DNA of 64,000 nt from Arachnia propionica (GTDB lineage: Bacteria; Actinomycetota; Actinomycetes; Propionibacteriales; Propionibacteriaceae): the NCBI RefSeq assembly GCF_003859805.1, contig NZ_RQZG01000007.1, positions 88,312-152,311 on the forward strand. Reading direction: 5' to 3'. The notes under the pieces were generated by a model that saw only the letters and a list, made by a program, of their open reading frames with translations, had not been told where the DNA came from and did no database searches. Made by a program: the position numbers and the translations under genes. The stretch's first letter is position 1. Each line of letters opens with the position of its first letter. Below, in pieces: positions 48,383-58,814 of this stretch.

Positions 48383-48934
48383 ATGACCATCGCGCTCGAT
48401 GCCAACACCCCCTGCGTGAAGTTCGCCCACCTCTTCCAGAACCCACTCCTCGAGGACGGGGAGACCAAGCGGGAGAGCGCCGCCGAGCGTCGCCAGCGGG
48501 CCGCGCTGATGTCCCGCGCCGTCTCGTTGTGCGCCGGGTGCCCGTTCCAGGCGCAGTGCCTCACCGACGCCGTCGTCCACCACGACGTCGCCGGCGTCGT
48601 CGCAGGCACCACCGAGGAGCAGCGCCTCGAGATCCGTGAGCTGCTCGGCGTGAGCATCGACCCGGTGGACAACGACCCCTTCGCCGGGGTCAACTCCGGG
48701 CGGGCCTTCAACCAGGAGGAGATCCAGCGGCTTCGCGCGGCCAATCCCACCCAGCCGCTGTCGGCCATCGCAGCCAGGCTCGGCTGCTCCATCTCGACGG
48801 TGAAGCGTCACCTCCGCAAGGCTGCGGCCCGGACCGAACCCCGGGCCTCCGTCCGGCGCCTCACCCCGTCGAGGGCCCAGGTGATGGCGGCTGCCGCCGA
48901 GGTGCTGGGTGACGCCGACGACATGGTGGCCTGA
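48383..48934 (+). CDS. WhiB-like domain protein fused to a C-terminal helix-turn-helix
   Basis: Strong RBS GAGGAGG before ATG at 48383. Cys pattern C11, CAGCPFQAQC with GVVAG replacing GVWGG. The C-terminus LSAIAARLGCSISTVKRHL is HTH-like. Confidence 0.65.
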   Translation: MTIALDANTPCVKFAHLFQNPLLEDGETKRESAAERRQRAALMSRAVSLCAGCPFQAQCLTDAVVHHDVAGVVAGTTEEQRLEIRELLGVSIDPVDNDPFAGVNSGRAFNQEEIQRLRAANPTQPLSAIAARLGCSISTVKRHLRKAAARTEPRASVRRLTPSRAQVMAAAAEVLGDADDMVA

Positions 48935-48938
48935 GGGC

Positions 48939-49730
48939 TCAGCCCGGGAACCAGCGGTCGAGCTCGATCACGGTGCCGCCGGCCGAGAAGTCGGCGGCGA
49001 CATGGTCGGCCACCGCCTTCACCTCGTCAGGGGCATTGCCCATCGCGACACCCCGTCCCGCCCAGGTCAGCATCTCGACGTCATTGCGGCCGTCCCCGAT
49101 GGCCAGCACGTCATCCGCCACCACCCCGAGGTCCGCCGCGACGCGGGCCAGGGCGTTGGCCTTGTCGACCCCGAGCGGGGAGATGTCCATCCAGGCGGAC
49201 CAGCCCACGAAGTAGGACACCTCGTGCAGCCCGAGCGACTCCGCCATCTCCACGAACATCTCGTCGGAGCTGTCGGGGTCGCAGATCACGACACGGGTGA
49301 CGGGGCGCGAGGCCAGGTCCTCCAGTGGTTCGATGACCACCTCCTCGCCGCTCAGCTCGCCGGGCGGGAACCCCTTGGAGACCCGCCAGTGGGCACGGTC
49401 CGGCACGGCGATCGCGACCTGGGGTGCCAGACGCGCCACCTTGGCGATGGTGTCGGCCGGGTCGAAGAGTTCCTCGTGCAGGACCCTCCCGGACGGGTGG
49501 GCGAGGATCTGTGCCCCGTTGGCGCAGATCGCCACCCCGGGCGGCAGCCCCAGCTGGGCCACGACCCGCTCGGTGGAGATCCAGGACCGTCCGGTGGCGA
49601 GCACCACGGGAACATCGGCCGCGACGATGCGGCGCACGGCGTCGCGAACGGCGTCGGGCAGCTGCCCGTCGGCATCCACCAGGGTGCCGTCGATGTCGAG
49701 GGCCACCAGGCGGGGGTGAAAGGTCATCGT
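48939..49730 (-). CDS. Cof-type HAD-IIB family hydrolase
   Basis: LVALDIDGTLV is HAD motif I, and IGDGRNDVEML is motif IV. Confidence 0.8.
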   Translation of the reverse strand, partial: TMTFHPRLVALDIDGTLVDADGQLPDAVRDAVRRIVAADVPVVLATGRSWISTERVVAQLGLPPGVAICANGAQILAHPSGRVLHEELFDPADTIAKVARLAPQVAIAVPDRAHWRVSKGFPPGELSGEEVVIEPLEDLASRPVTRVVICDPDSSDEMFVEMAESLGLHEVSYFVGWSAWMDISPLGVDKANALARVAADLGVVADDVLAIGDGRNDVEMLTWAGRGVAMGNAPDEVKAVADHVAADFSAGGTVIELDRWFPG

Positions 49731-49815
49731 CGCTTCTCCTGGCTGTTCGTGGGTTCCCACCGCGGCAGGGTCTCGCCTCCCCAAATACTAGAGTCATCCT
49801 CGGAAGGAGATACCG

Positions 49816-50841
49816 ATGTCCACCCCGCAGTACCCCAATGTCCCCCAACGGGGCATCCAACAACCTCCGCAGATGCCGTACCCGGCCGCGCCGACGGGAC
49901 AGCCGCCACGCATCACGGGCAACCCGGTGGGGATCACCGGGAGCCGGGTGCGGGTGCAGGAGAAGTCCACCTTCGCGTTCCCGGGCCTGCTGGCCATACC
50001 GCTCATCGCGGCCGTGGCGCTCGGGCTGGCCATGCTGCTGTCCCAGGTCCTGCCGATCGGCCCCACCTCCGGGCTCGACTTCCCACTCAACCTCGGCATC
50101 TTCGGCATGGGTGCGGCGGCCCTGGGTTTCCTGGTGCTCAGCACGGGGCTGGTGCTGATCAGCCCCGGTGAGGCGAAGGTGCTGGAGTTCCTCGGATCCT
50201 ACATCGGCACCATCAAGAAGCCCGGGCTGTGGTTCGTCACGCCGTTCACGACGAAGCGTCGGATCTCGGTCAAGGTCCACAACTTCGAGACCAACGAGCT
50301 GAAGGTCAACGACGCCGACGGCAACCCCATCAACATCGCGGCCATCGTGGTGTGGCAGGTGGCGGACACGGCCAAGGCCATCTACGCCGTCGAGGGGCAC
50401 GAGTACTTCATCCGGGTCCAGGCGGAGGCCGCGCTGCGCCACATCGCGATGAGTCACCCGTATGACAACGACGCGGTGGAGGTGACCCTTCGGGGCGACA
50501 CCGAGGTGATCGCCTCCGAGATGGCCGCCGAGGTCGCGGCACGCATCGGCCTGGCCGGGCTGGAGGTCATCGAGACCCGTATCTCGTCGCTGGCCTACGC
50601 CTCCGAGATCGCCCAGGCGATGCTGCAGCGCCAGCAGGCCAGCGCCATCATCGCGGCCCGCGAGAAGATCGTCGAGGGCGCGGTCTCGATGGTCGAGGAT
50701 GCCCTGGGGAAGCTGGAGAGCTCCGAGATCGTCTCACTCACCCCGGAGCACCGCGCCACGATGGTCTCGAACCTGCTCGTGGTGCTGTGTGGCGACTCCC
50801 GGGCCACCCCGGTGGTCAACACCGGGTTGATGCAGCACTGA
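49816..50841 (+). CDS. SPFH/band-7 (stomatin/prohibitin-like) domain membrane protein
   Basis: Pro-rich N-terminus, TM helices, then an SPFH domain (…ISVKVHNFETNELKVNDADGNPINIAAIVVWQV…). Confidence 0.8.
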   Translation: MSTPQYPNVPQRGIQQPPQMPYPAAPTGQPPRITGNPVGITGSRVRVQEKSTFAFPGLLAIPLIAAVALGLAMLLSQVLPIGPTSGLDFPLNLGIFGMGAAALGFLVLSTGLVLISPGEAKVLEFLGSYIGTIKKPGLWFVTPFTTKRRISVKVHNFETNELKVNDADGNPINIAAIVVWQVADTAKAIYAVEGHEYFIRVQAEAALRHIAMSHPYDNDAVEVTLRGDTEVIASEMAAEVAARIGLAGLEVIETRISSLAYASEIAQAMLQRQQASAIIAAREKIVEGAVSMVEDALGKLESSEIVSLTPEHRATMVSNLLVVLCGDSRATPVVNTGLMQH

Positions 50842-50978
50842 ACCCCGCCACCGGGAAGGTCCCGCACCGTCACCGGTCGACGGTGCGGGACCTTCCTGTC
50901 CGCTGTCGCCCAGGCGTTCCCCAGGACCCACGGCCCCTTCGTCGGGACGTCGCCCCCGGCGATTCCGGTCCGCAGGGC

Positions 50979-52244
50979 TCAGCGGAGCGCGTCCACGCCT
51001 CCCAGGAAGGGGCGCAACGCCTCGGGGACCCGGACGGAGCCGTCGGCCTGCTGATGATTCTCCAGCAGCATGATGATGATGCGGGTCATGGCGCACAGCG
51101 TGCCGTTGAGCGTCGCGACGTGCTCCGTGCCGCCCTCGGTGCGGTACCGGATGCCCAGCCGCCGCGCCTGGAACTGGGTGCAGTTCGAGGTGGAGGTCAC
51201 CTCGCGGTACCGCTGCTGCGTCGGCAACCACGCGTAGCAGTCGTACTTGCGGGCCGCCGACAGCCCGAGGTCCCCGGAGGCGACGTCGAGCACCTGGAAC
51301 GGGATCTCCAACGCGGTGAGGAAGTCCTTCTCGAAGGCCAGCAGTCTGTCATGCCAGGCGACGGCCTCCTCCGGGCGGCAGTGGACGAACATCTCCACCT
51401 TGTCGAACCAGTGGACCCGGAAGATGCCGCGGGTGTCCTTGCCGTAGGACCCGGCCTCACGACGGAAGCACGGCGAGAACGCGACGTAACGGCGCGGCAG
51501 CGTCTCCGCGTCGAGGATCTCGTCGCTGTGGTAGGCGGCCAGCGCCACCTCGGAGGTACCGACCAGGTACAGGTCGTCGTCGGGCAGGTGGTAGACGTCC
51601 CTCTCGGCCTGGCCGAGGAAACCGGTGCCGGCCATCGCCTGCGGCTTGACCAGGGCCGGCGGGATCATCGGGGTGAAGCCCCACTCCGCGGCCTTCGACA
51701 TCGCGAGGTTGAGCAGCGCCACCTCCAGCTGCGCCCCCACCCCGGTCAGCACGTAGAACCTGGAGCCGGAGATCTTGGCCCCTCGCTCCATGTCGATGGC
51801 CCCGAGCGCCTCACCCAGTTCCAGGTGATCCCTCGGTGTGAAACCCTCCGCCGCGAAGTCCCGAGGGGTCCCGACGGTCTCGAGCACCACGCCGTCGTCC
51901 TCACCGCCGTGCGGCACCCCGTCGAGGACGAGGTTGCCGAGCTGCATCACCAGCTCGTCGAAACGGGCCGCCGCCAGGGCCTCGGCCTCCTTCGCCGCCT
52001 TCACCTCGCCCGAGAGCTCCTTGGTGCGGGTCAGCAGCCGGGTCTTCTCGTCGCCCTGTGCCCTCGCGACCTGCTTGCCCAACGCGTTCTGCTCGGCCCG
52101 CAGCTGCTCGTACCGGGCGATCCCGGAGCGACGCGACTCGTCGGCGGCGAGGATCTCGTCGACGATGGCCACGGACTCACCACGCGCGGCCTGCGAGGCA
52201 CGCACGGCATCGGGATTGCTGCGGATGAACTTCGGGTCGATCAT
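50979..52244 (-). CDS. serS: Serine--tRNA ligase
   Basis: N-terminal coiled-coil arm ([12 protein letters not shown]…) and class II aaRS motifs. Confidence 0.95.
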   Translation of the reverse strand: MIDPKFIRSNPDAVRASQAARGESVAIVDEILAADESRRSGIARYEQLRAEQNALGKQVARAQGDEKTRLLTRTKELSGEVKAAKEAEALAAARFDELVMQLGNLVLDGVPHGGEDDGVVLETVGTPRDFAAEGFTPRDHLELGEALGAIDMERGAKISGSRFYVLTGVGAQLEVALLNLAMSKAAEWGFTPMIPPALVKPQAMAGTGFLGQAERDVYHLPDDDLYLVGTSEVALAAYHSDEILDAETLPRRYVAFSPCFRREAGSYGKDTRGIFRVHWFDKVEMFVHCRPEEAVAWHDRLLAFEKDFLTALEIPFQVLDVASGDLGLSAARKYDCYAWLPTQQRYREVTSTSNCTQFQARRLGIRYRTEGGTEHVATLNGTLCAMTRIIIMLLENHQQADGSVRVPEALRPFLGGVDALR

Positions 52245-52253
52245 GGCACCAGC

Positions 52254-53246
52254 CTACGCTTCGGGCTCCCGACGGAGCACCTCCAACCAGCGGCTGGCCT
52301 CCTCGAAGGCCTCGTCGTCGAATCCGCGCCGCACCGTCGACGGCTGCTCGTCGGCCCTGGGGTAGGAGCCGAGGAACACCACCTCGCGACAGATCCGGTG
52401 CAGCCCGAGCATCGCCTCGGCCAGCCGACGGTCCGCGAGATGTCCCTCGGCGTCGATGGCGAAGCAGTAGCTGCCGAGCAGGGTCTTCGTCGGGCGCGAC
52501 TCGATGCGGCACAGGTTGACCCCGCGCACCGCGAACTGCTGCAGGATCTCCAGCAGCGCACCGGGGTGGTCCTCCTGCATGTAGGCCACCAGGGTGGTCT
52601 TGTCGGCCCCGGTGCGCTCCGGGAGTGCGCCGGGCCGGGAGACGACGATGAAGCGGGTCACCGCCCCCGGGTTGTCCTCGATGGAGTGGGCCAGCTCCTG
52701 CAGCCCGTACAGCTGCCCGGCCACGCGCGCGCAGATCGCCGCGTCGTGGCGCGAGGTGGGATCCGCGACCTCCTGGGCGGCGCCCGCCGTCGACCCGGCC
52801 TCGGTGACGTGGGCCTCGGGGATCATCGTGGCCAACCAGTCGCGGCACTGTGCGGCGGCATGGCCGTGGGTGAGGACGGCCCGGACCTGGTCCAGTGTGG
52901 TGCCGGGCCGCACGTAGAGCCCGAACTCGACGGGGATCACCACCTCGGCCCGGATCACCAGCGGATCACCGTCGACGAGCTTGTCGAGCGTGGCGGAGAC
53001 CCCACCCTCGACGGAGTTCTCGATGGGGACCACCGCCTCGGCCACGTGTCCCTCGCGGACCGCGTCGAGCGCCTCCCCGACACTGACGAACGGGATGGCC
53101 TCCTCGTCGCTGATGGCGAGGAGGGCCTGATGGGTGAAAGTCCCTGCGGGACCGAAATAGCCGATCACCGCTTCAGCGTATCGACTACCGGATGACCCGT
53201 GTCCGTCATAAGGTCGGCATGGAGGGGGTTCACTCAAGACAGACAA
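52254..53246 (-). CDS. pheA: Prephenate dehydratase
   Basis: VIGYFGPAGTFTHQA is the PDT N-terminus, with a C-terminal ACT domain. Exact start uncertain. Confidence 0.85.
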   Translation of the reverse strand: MSVLSEPPPCRPYDGHGSSGSRYAEAVIGYFGPAGTFTHQALLAISDEEAIPFVSVGEALDAVREGHVAEAVVPIENSVEGGVSATLDKLVDGDPLVIRAEVVIPVEFGLYVRPGTTLDQVRAVLTHGHAAAQCRDWLATMIPEAHVTEAGSTAGAAQEVADPTSRHDAAICARVAGQLYGLQELAHSIEDNPGAVTRFIVVSRPGALPERTGADKTTLVAYMQEDHPGALLEILQQFAVRGVNLCRIESRPTKTLLGSYCFAIDAEGHLADRRLAEAMLGLHRICREVVFLGSYPRADEQPSTVRRGFDDEAFEEASRWLEVLRREPEA

Positions 53247-53257
53247 GGAAGAGGACC

Positions 53258-53767
53258 ATGGCAGTGGAGCAGGCGGATCAGGGGGCGATGATCCGTGCCG
53301 CGGGACAGGTGGAAGCCAGCCACCAGCAGATCCACGAGCTGCAGAGGCGGCTCCAGGACGACCTCCCGCGGTTGGCGACGGTCCTGGACGGGAACCGATT
53401 CGTCGCCTTCCAACGTGACTACAGTCACTTCGACTCCCAGATCGAACGGGTGAAACAGGGGCTCGACCTGGTGCACTCCTCCCTCACCGGGCAGGGGCAG
53501 CCACGTGTCGTCGTCGAGATGGAGCTGGAGTCCGATCCACCACCCAGTCCCGACTTCCCGGCCGGGCTGCCCGACGGCGCATCGGAGCTGGCCGGGGCGA
53601 ACGCCGAGCTCAACTCGCTGTTGAGCAGCCTGAACACCGAGCTGGTGGAGTCCATGCCGCAGTGGGCCCCGGAGGCCCGTGAGGCCTGGCAGGAGGCGCG
53701 CCGTTCCTGGGCGGAGGCCAACCGTCGTCAGTCCGAGATCCTCACCCAGCTGGAGGGTCGGGGCTGA
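53258..53767 (+). CDS. Hypothetical helical protein (possibly WXG100-like)
   Basis: RBS AGGAAGAGGA before ATG 53258. 169 aa, helical. Its 3' end overlaps the aat 3' end convergently by ~25 nt. Confidence 0.45.
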   Translation: MAVEQADQGAMIRAAGQVEASHQQIHELQRRLQDDLPRLATVLDGNRFVAFQRDYSHFDSQIERVKQGLDLVHSSLTGQGQPRVVVEMELESDPPPSPDFPAGLPDGASELAGANAELNSLLSSLNTELVESMPQWAPEAREAWQEARRSWAEANRRQSEILTQLEGRG

Positions 53768-54457
53768 GCCTGCGGACCAGGTCACGACCACTCAGGCGTG
53801 GCGGTTCCCCCTGCCACAGCGTGCCGTGGTCCCGGTTCAGGGCACCGACGAGACGTTGCAGGTAGATCTCGCGTGGCCACTCCACCACCCCGAGTGAGGC
53901 CAGGTGCGGGGTCTGCCACTGCACGTCGAGGAGGGTGACACCTGCGTGGCGGAGATCGGCGACGAGCCGCATCAGCGCCACCTTCGAGGCGTCCCGCCCG
54001 AGCTCGGGGTGGTGGAACATCGACTCCCCGGCGAACAGACCGGCGATGAGGATGCCGTAGAGGCCCCCGACGAGCCGACCCTGGTCGTCCCAGGTCTCGA
54101 CGCTGTGCGCGAAACCCATGTGGTGGAGGGTGGTGTAGACGGCGGTGATGCGTTCGTCGATCCAGCCGCCCGGGCGTCTCGGGTCGGCGCAGGAGCCCAG
54201 CACCCGGTCGAAGGCCCGGTCCACGGTGGTGGTGTGGCGAGCGGCTGACCTGCGCAGGGAGCGGGTGACGCGCAGGGCGTCGAGGGGCAGCACGGCCCGG
54301 GACATGGGCGACCACCAGCCCATCCGCTGATCGAGGGGCATCGGGAACACGCCGCTGCAGTAGGCGGCGAGGGCCAGTCGGGGATCGAACTCGTCGGTGT
54401 AGCCGATGAGGTCGGCCCGGGGCCAGCTGCGCGGGGATCCGAAGACGCTGTCGAGCA
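53742..54457 (-). CDS. aat: Leucyl/phenylalanyl-tRNA--protein transferase
   Basis: GIFPMPL...WWSP and C-terminal GNAT-like L/F-transferase blocks. The start was set to an internal GTG because the ORF-track 5' extension is Gly/Arg/His-rich junk. Confidence 0.8.
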
Positions 54458-54494
54458 CGTTCCCAGTGTCGCAGGCATTGGGTATCGGGCGCCG

Positions 54495-55193
54495 GTGTGC
54501 CACTCTGGAGGGGTGAGCGGGAACAAGGATGCGGTGGCCGTGGCGGAGGGGCTGACGGCGGATGCCTTCCATCAGGTGCTGGAGATCGCCATCGAGGGGC
54601 GCGGCCGGTTGCCGGGTGCGAGGAAGGCGGCCAGGAGCGCCCTGGAGCGGGTCCGGGACCCGGAGGCCGCCGTCGCCTGGGTGGCCAACCAGCACATCGT
54701 CATGGCCGGGGGTCAGGGTTTCGCCACGAACTGGGGTGGATTCCTGCTGGCCTTCGTCACCATCCCCGCCAACCTCGCCGCCAGCCTGTTCGTGCAGGCT
54801 CGTGCCGTTGCCGCGATCGCTCACCTGCGCGGCTACGAGCTGGCCGATCCACGTGTGCGCACCGCGATCCTCATGGTGATGCTGGGGCCGCGTGCCGCCG
54901 AGCGGTTGATCCACTCGGGCGACCTGCCCAGCTCGCCCGCCGCCGTCGCGACGGCACCGGCCTTCGACGCGGGGCTGGATGAGCGGGTCTCGCGGGCCCT
55001 GTTCGAGAATGCGATGAACCAGGTGAGCGGGAAACGGCTGGGGGTGTTCCTGGGCAAGCGGATCCCGTTCGTCGGGGGCGGGGTCGGGGCCGTGGTCGAC
55101 GGCTGGTCCACCAATGCCATCGTGCGGCACGCGATGCGGGAGTTCGTCTCACGTCGTCCCCGGATCGCACCCTACGCGGAGGTCGTGGAGTGA
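54495..55193 (+). CDS. EcsC-family protein
   Basis: ~230 aa, helical and Ala-rich, with internal hydrophobic segments. Start (GTG/ATG within the first 40 nt) uncertain. Confidence 0.55.
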   Translation: MCHSGGVSGNKDAVAVAEGLTADAFHQVLEIAIEGRGRLPGARKAARSALERVRDPEAAVAWVANQHIVMAGGQGFATNWGGFLLAFVTIPANLAASLFVQARAVAAIAHLRGYELADPRVRTAILMVMLGPRAAERLIHSGDLPSSPAAVATAPAFDAGLDERVSRALFENAMNQVSGKRLGVFLGKRIPFVGGGVGAVVDGWSTNAIVRHAMREFVSRRPRIAPYAEVVE

Positions 55194-55300
55194 CGAGGCC
55201 TCCCGTGGCCTGACGGAGGGGCGGGTTCCGGCACCGGATGCCAGCGGTCTCGACGGCTGCTTCCCGTCACGGCTCGGGCTGCGGCGGCGTGAGGTACCGG

Positions 55301-56413
<1,113 letters not shown>

Positions 56414-56480
56414 GCCTCCCATCCTTGCGCACTTCACGGAGGTTCGAGACTGGACTGCCACAGATGGCAGAATGTGACCC

Positions 56481-57263
56481 ATGTCCAACAACCAGTGGAA
56501 CGGCGCCCAGGATTGGAACGCCCAGCCCCAGCACAACAACCCCCAGGAATGGGGCGCCCAGCCGGCCCAGGATTGGAACGCCCAGCAGCCCCAGCAGCAC
56601 GACTGGGGTCAGTCCTCCCAGGACTGGAGTGCCCAGCCCGCCCAGCAGCAGGACTGGAGCGCCCAGCCCGCCACCCATCAGCCAACCTCCGACGACTGGA
56701 CCACGATCTCCGCCGGGCAGAGCCAGCAGTCGGCCTCCCAGGCCGCCTCCCCGCAGAGCGCCTCCAGCGAGTGGAGCCTCGACCAGTCCGTGCCCGCCAC
56801 CGAGCAGACCACCTGGACCGGTGCCCCGCCCGCCGCGGCCGCTCCTGAGCAGCCCGCCCAGGCCTGGGGCCAGCCTGCCCAGCAGCAGGACTGGAACGCC
56901 CAGCAGGCCCCGCAGCAGCAGTGGGGGCAGCAGGCCGCCTACGGTGCCCCGCAGCAGCAGTGGGGTGGCCAGCCCGCCCAGGCCCAGCCGAACCTGTTCT
57001 CGGCCCTGTTCGACTTCAAGTTCAGCCAGAAGGTGGCCAAGGCCGCCCCGGGCGTGGCCTACATGATCATCCTGATCGTGCTGGCCGTCGAGGCCCTGTT
57101 CAGGATCATCGGGGTGTTCAGCCCCTACGCGACCGGGACGAGCATCGTCTCCGGCCTGTTCGTCGCCCTGGCGCAGTTCGTGCTGTGGGCCATCGTCTGG
57201 CGTGTCGTCATCGAAGGTGTCGTGGCGCTGGTGAAGATCGCCGACAAGGACGACCAGTCCTGA
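56481..57263 (+). CDS. DUF4282-like membrane protein with a Gln/Trp-rich low-complexity N-terminal region
   Basis: Repeated QDW(N/S)AQP units over ~170 aa, then 3 TM helices. Confidence 0.55.
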   Translation: MSNNQWNGAQDWNAQPQHNNPQEWGAQPAQDWNAQQPQQHDWGQSSQDWSAQPAQQQDWSAQPATHQPTSDDWTTISAGQSQQSASQAASPQSASSEWSLDQSVPATEQTTWTGAPPAAAAPEQPAQAWGQPAQQQDWNAQQAPQQQWGQQAAYGAPQQQWGGQPAQAQPNLFSALFDFKFSQKVAKAAPGVAYMIILIVLAVEALFRIIGVFSPYATGTSIVSGLFVALAQFVLWAIVWRVVIEGVVALVKIADKDDQS

Positions 57264-57373
57264 CCCGCTGACCCCGACCCGGCAAGGCCCCGAGATGATC
57301 TCGGGGCCTTGTCCGTGCTCACCGACGCCCTGGTGTCCTTTCCCGCGATCCGCGCAGGGACCGGTCAACAGGG

Positions 57374-58795
57374 TCAGAACAGCAGCGCCAGGGCCGGTTC
57401 GGCCAGGATCTCCGCCACGTCGTGGAGGAAGCGGGAGCCCTGCTCGCCGTCGATGATCCGGTGGTCGAAGGCGATGGACAAGGTGGTCACCCAGCGCGGC
57501 ACCACCTGTTCCCTCCCGCCCTCGACGACCACCCAGGGGCGACGCTGGATGGCCCCCATGCAGAAGATGGCCGACTCGTCGCCGTTGATGATCGGGGTGC
57601 CGCCGTCGATGCCGAAGACCCCGACGTTGGTGATGGTGAAGGTGCCACCCGAGTAGTCGGCGGGCTGCAGCCTGCCCTCCCGGGAGACCGCGACGAGCTG
57701 GTTGATCGCCCGGCACAGCTCCAGCAGGCTCAGTTCCTGCGCGGCCTTGATGTTCGGCACCATGAGGCCACGCGGTGTGGCGGCGGCGATGCCGAGGTTC
57801 ACGTCGCCGTGGAAGACGATCTCCTGCGCGTCGTCGTCCCACGAGGTGTTGAGCTCGGGGTTGCGGCCGAGCGCCAGGCAGATGGCCTTGGCGTAGATGA
57901 GCAGCGGCGAGATGCGCAGTCCCGCGAATTCGCGGCGCGTCTTGAGGGTCTCGACGAAGTCCATCGTGCCGGTGACGTCGACGGTGATCCACTCGGTGAC
58001 GTGGACGTGGGTGTTCACCGAACGCACCATCGCCTCCGCCGTGACCTTCCGCACCCCCTTGATGGGGACGCGGCGCTCCCCCCTGCCCCTGGGGCGACGT
58101 CCCCCGAGGTCGCTCGGCCCGGTGGGGCCGTTGCTCGCGGCGTCGTTGAGCACGGTGCCGGTGGCGGGTTCCTGCTGGAACGCCCAGGCCGCCTTGACGT
58201 CCTCGCGCGTGACGGTGCCGCCGATCCCGGTGCCGACGACGGTGCGCAGGTCCACCCCCAGGTCCTTCGCGAACTGCCTCACGGGGGGTTTCGCCCGCAC
58301 CCCGTCGGGGTCGCTGGCCAGGACCAGGCTGGACTCGACGGGGGCCTCCCCGGCCTCGGGCAGTGGTTCGCCGACGGGTTCGGCCACCACCGGTTCGGCC
58401 GGGGCCACGTCGTCGGCGCGCCGGGAGGGTTCCCGGGGTTCGTAGGCTGCCTCGACGGCCTCACGGAGCCGGGTGGTGTCCCGGCTGGGCGCGGAGGAGC
58501 GACGTCGACGGCGTGGGGTCTCCTCGGCGGGGCCGTAGCCCACCAGGGTGGCCTCGGTGCCGTCGTCGATCTCGACGATGCCGGAACCCACCTCCACGGT
58601 GGTGCCCTCGGCCACGAGCAGCGCCGTGATGGTCCCGGCCCAGGGTGAGGGCAGCTCCACGAGGGATTTCGCGGTCTCGATCTCGACCAGCACGTCGTTG
58701 ACCTCGATCACCTGGCCGACGGTGACCCGCCAGGCGACGATCTCGGCCTCGGTGAGGCCCTCGCCGGGGTCGGGGAGCAGGAAGGTGCGTTTCAT
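57374..58795 (-). CDS. 2-oxoacid dehydrogenase E2 component (dihydrolipoamide acyltransferase)
   Basis: Lipoyl domain (EIETAKSLVELPSPWAG), an E3-binding region, and a catalytic domain with DHRIIDG. Confidence 0.9.
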   Translation of the reverse strand: MKRTFLLPDPGEGLTEAEIVAWRVTVGQVIEVNDVLVEIETAKSLVELPSPWAGTITALLVAEGTTVEVGSGIVEIDDGTEATLVGYGPAEETPRRRRRSSAPSRDTTRLREAVEAAYEPREPSRRADDVAPAEPVVAEPVGEPLPEAGEAPVESSLVLASDPDGVRAKPPVRQFAKDLGVDLRTVVGTGIGGTVTREDVKAAWAFQQEPATGTVLNDAASNGPTGPSDLGGRRPRGRGERRVPIKGVRKVTAEAMVRSVNTHVHVTEWITVDVTGTMDFVETLKTRREFAGLRISPLLIYAKAICLALGRNPELNTSWDDDAQEIVFHGDVNLGIAAATPRGLMVPNIKAAQELSLLELCRAINQLVAVSREGRLQPADYSGGTFTITNVGVFGIDGGTPIINGDESAIFCMGAIQRRPWVVVEGGREQVVPRWVTTLSIAFDHRIIDGEQGSRFLHDVAEILAEPALALLF

Positions 58796-58814
58796 CGGGG
58801 CTCCTTGGTGTTCT

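Noticed and set aside
56481-56990. Possible CRISPR or tandem DNA repeat
   Set aside because: The repeats are degenerate, in-frame coding repeats (QDWNAQP...) of a protein low-complexity region. There is no regular spacer-repeat periodicity.
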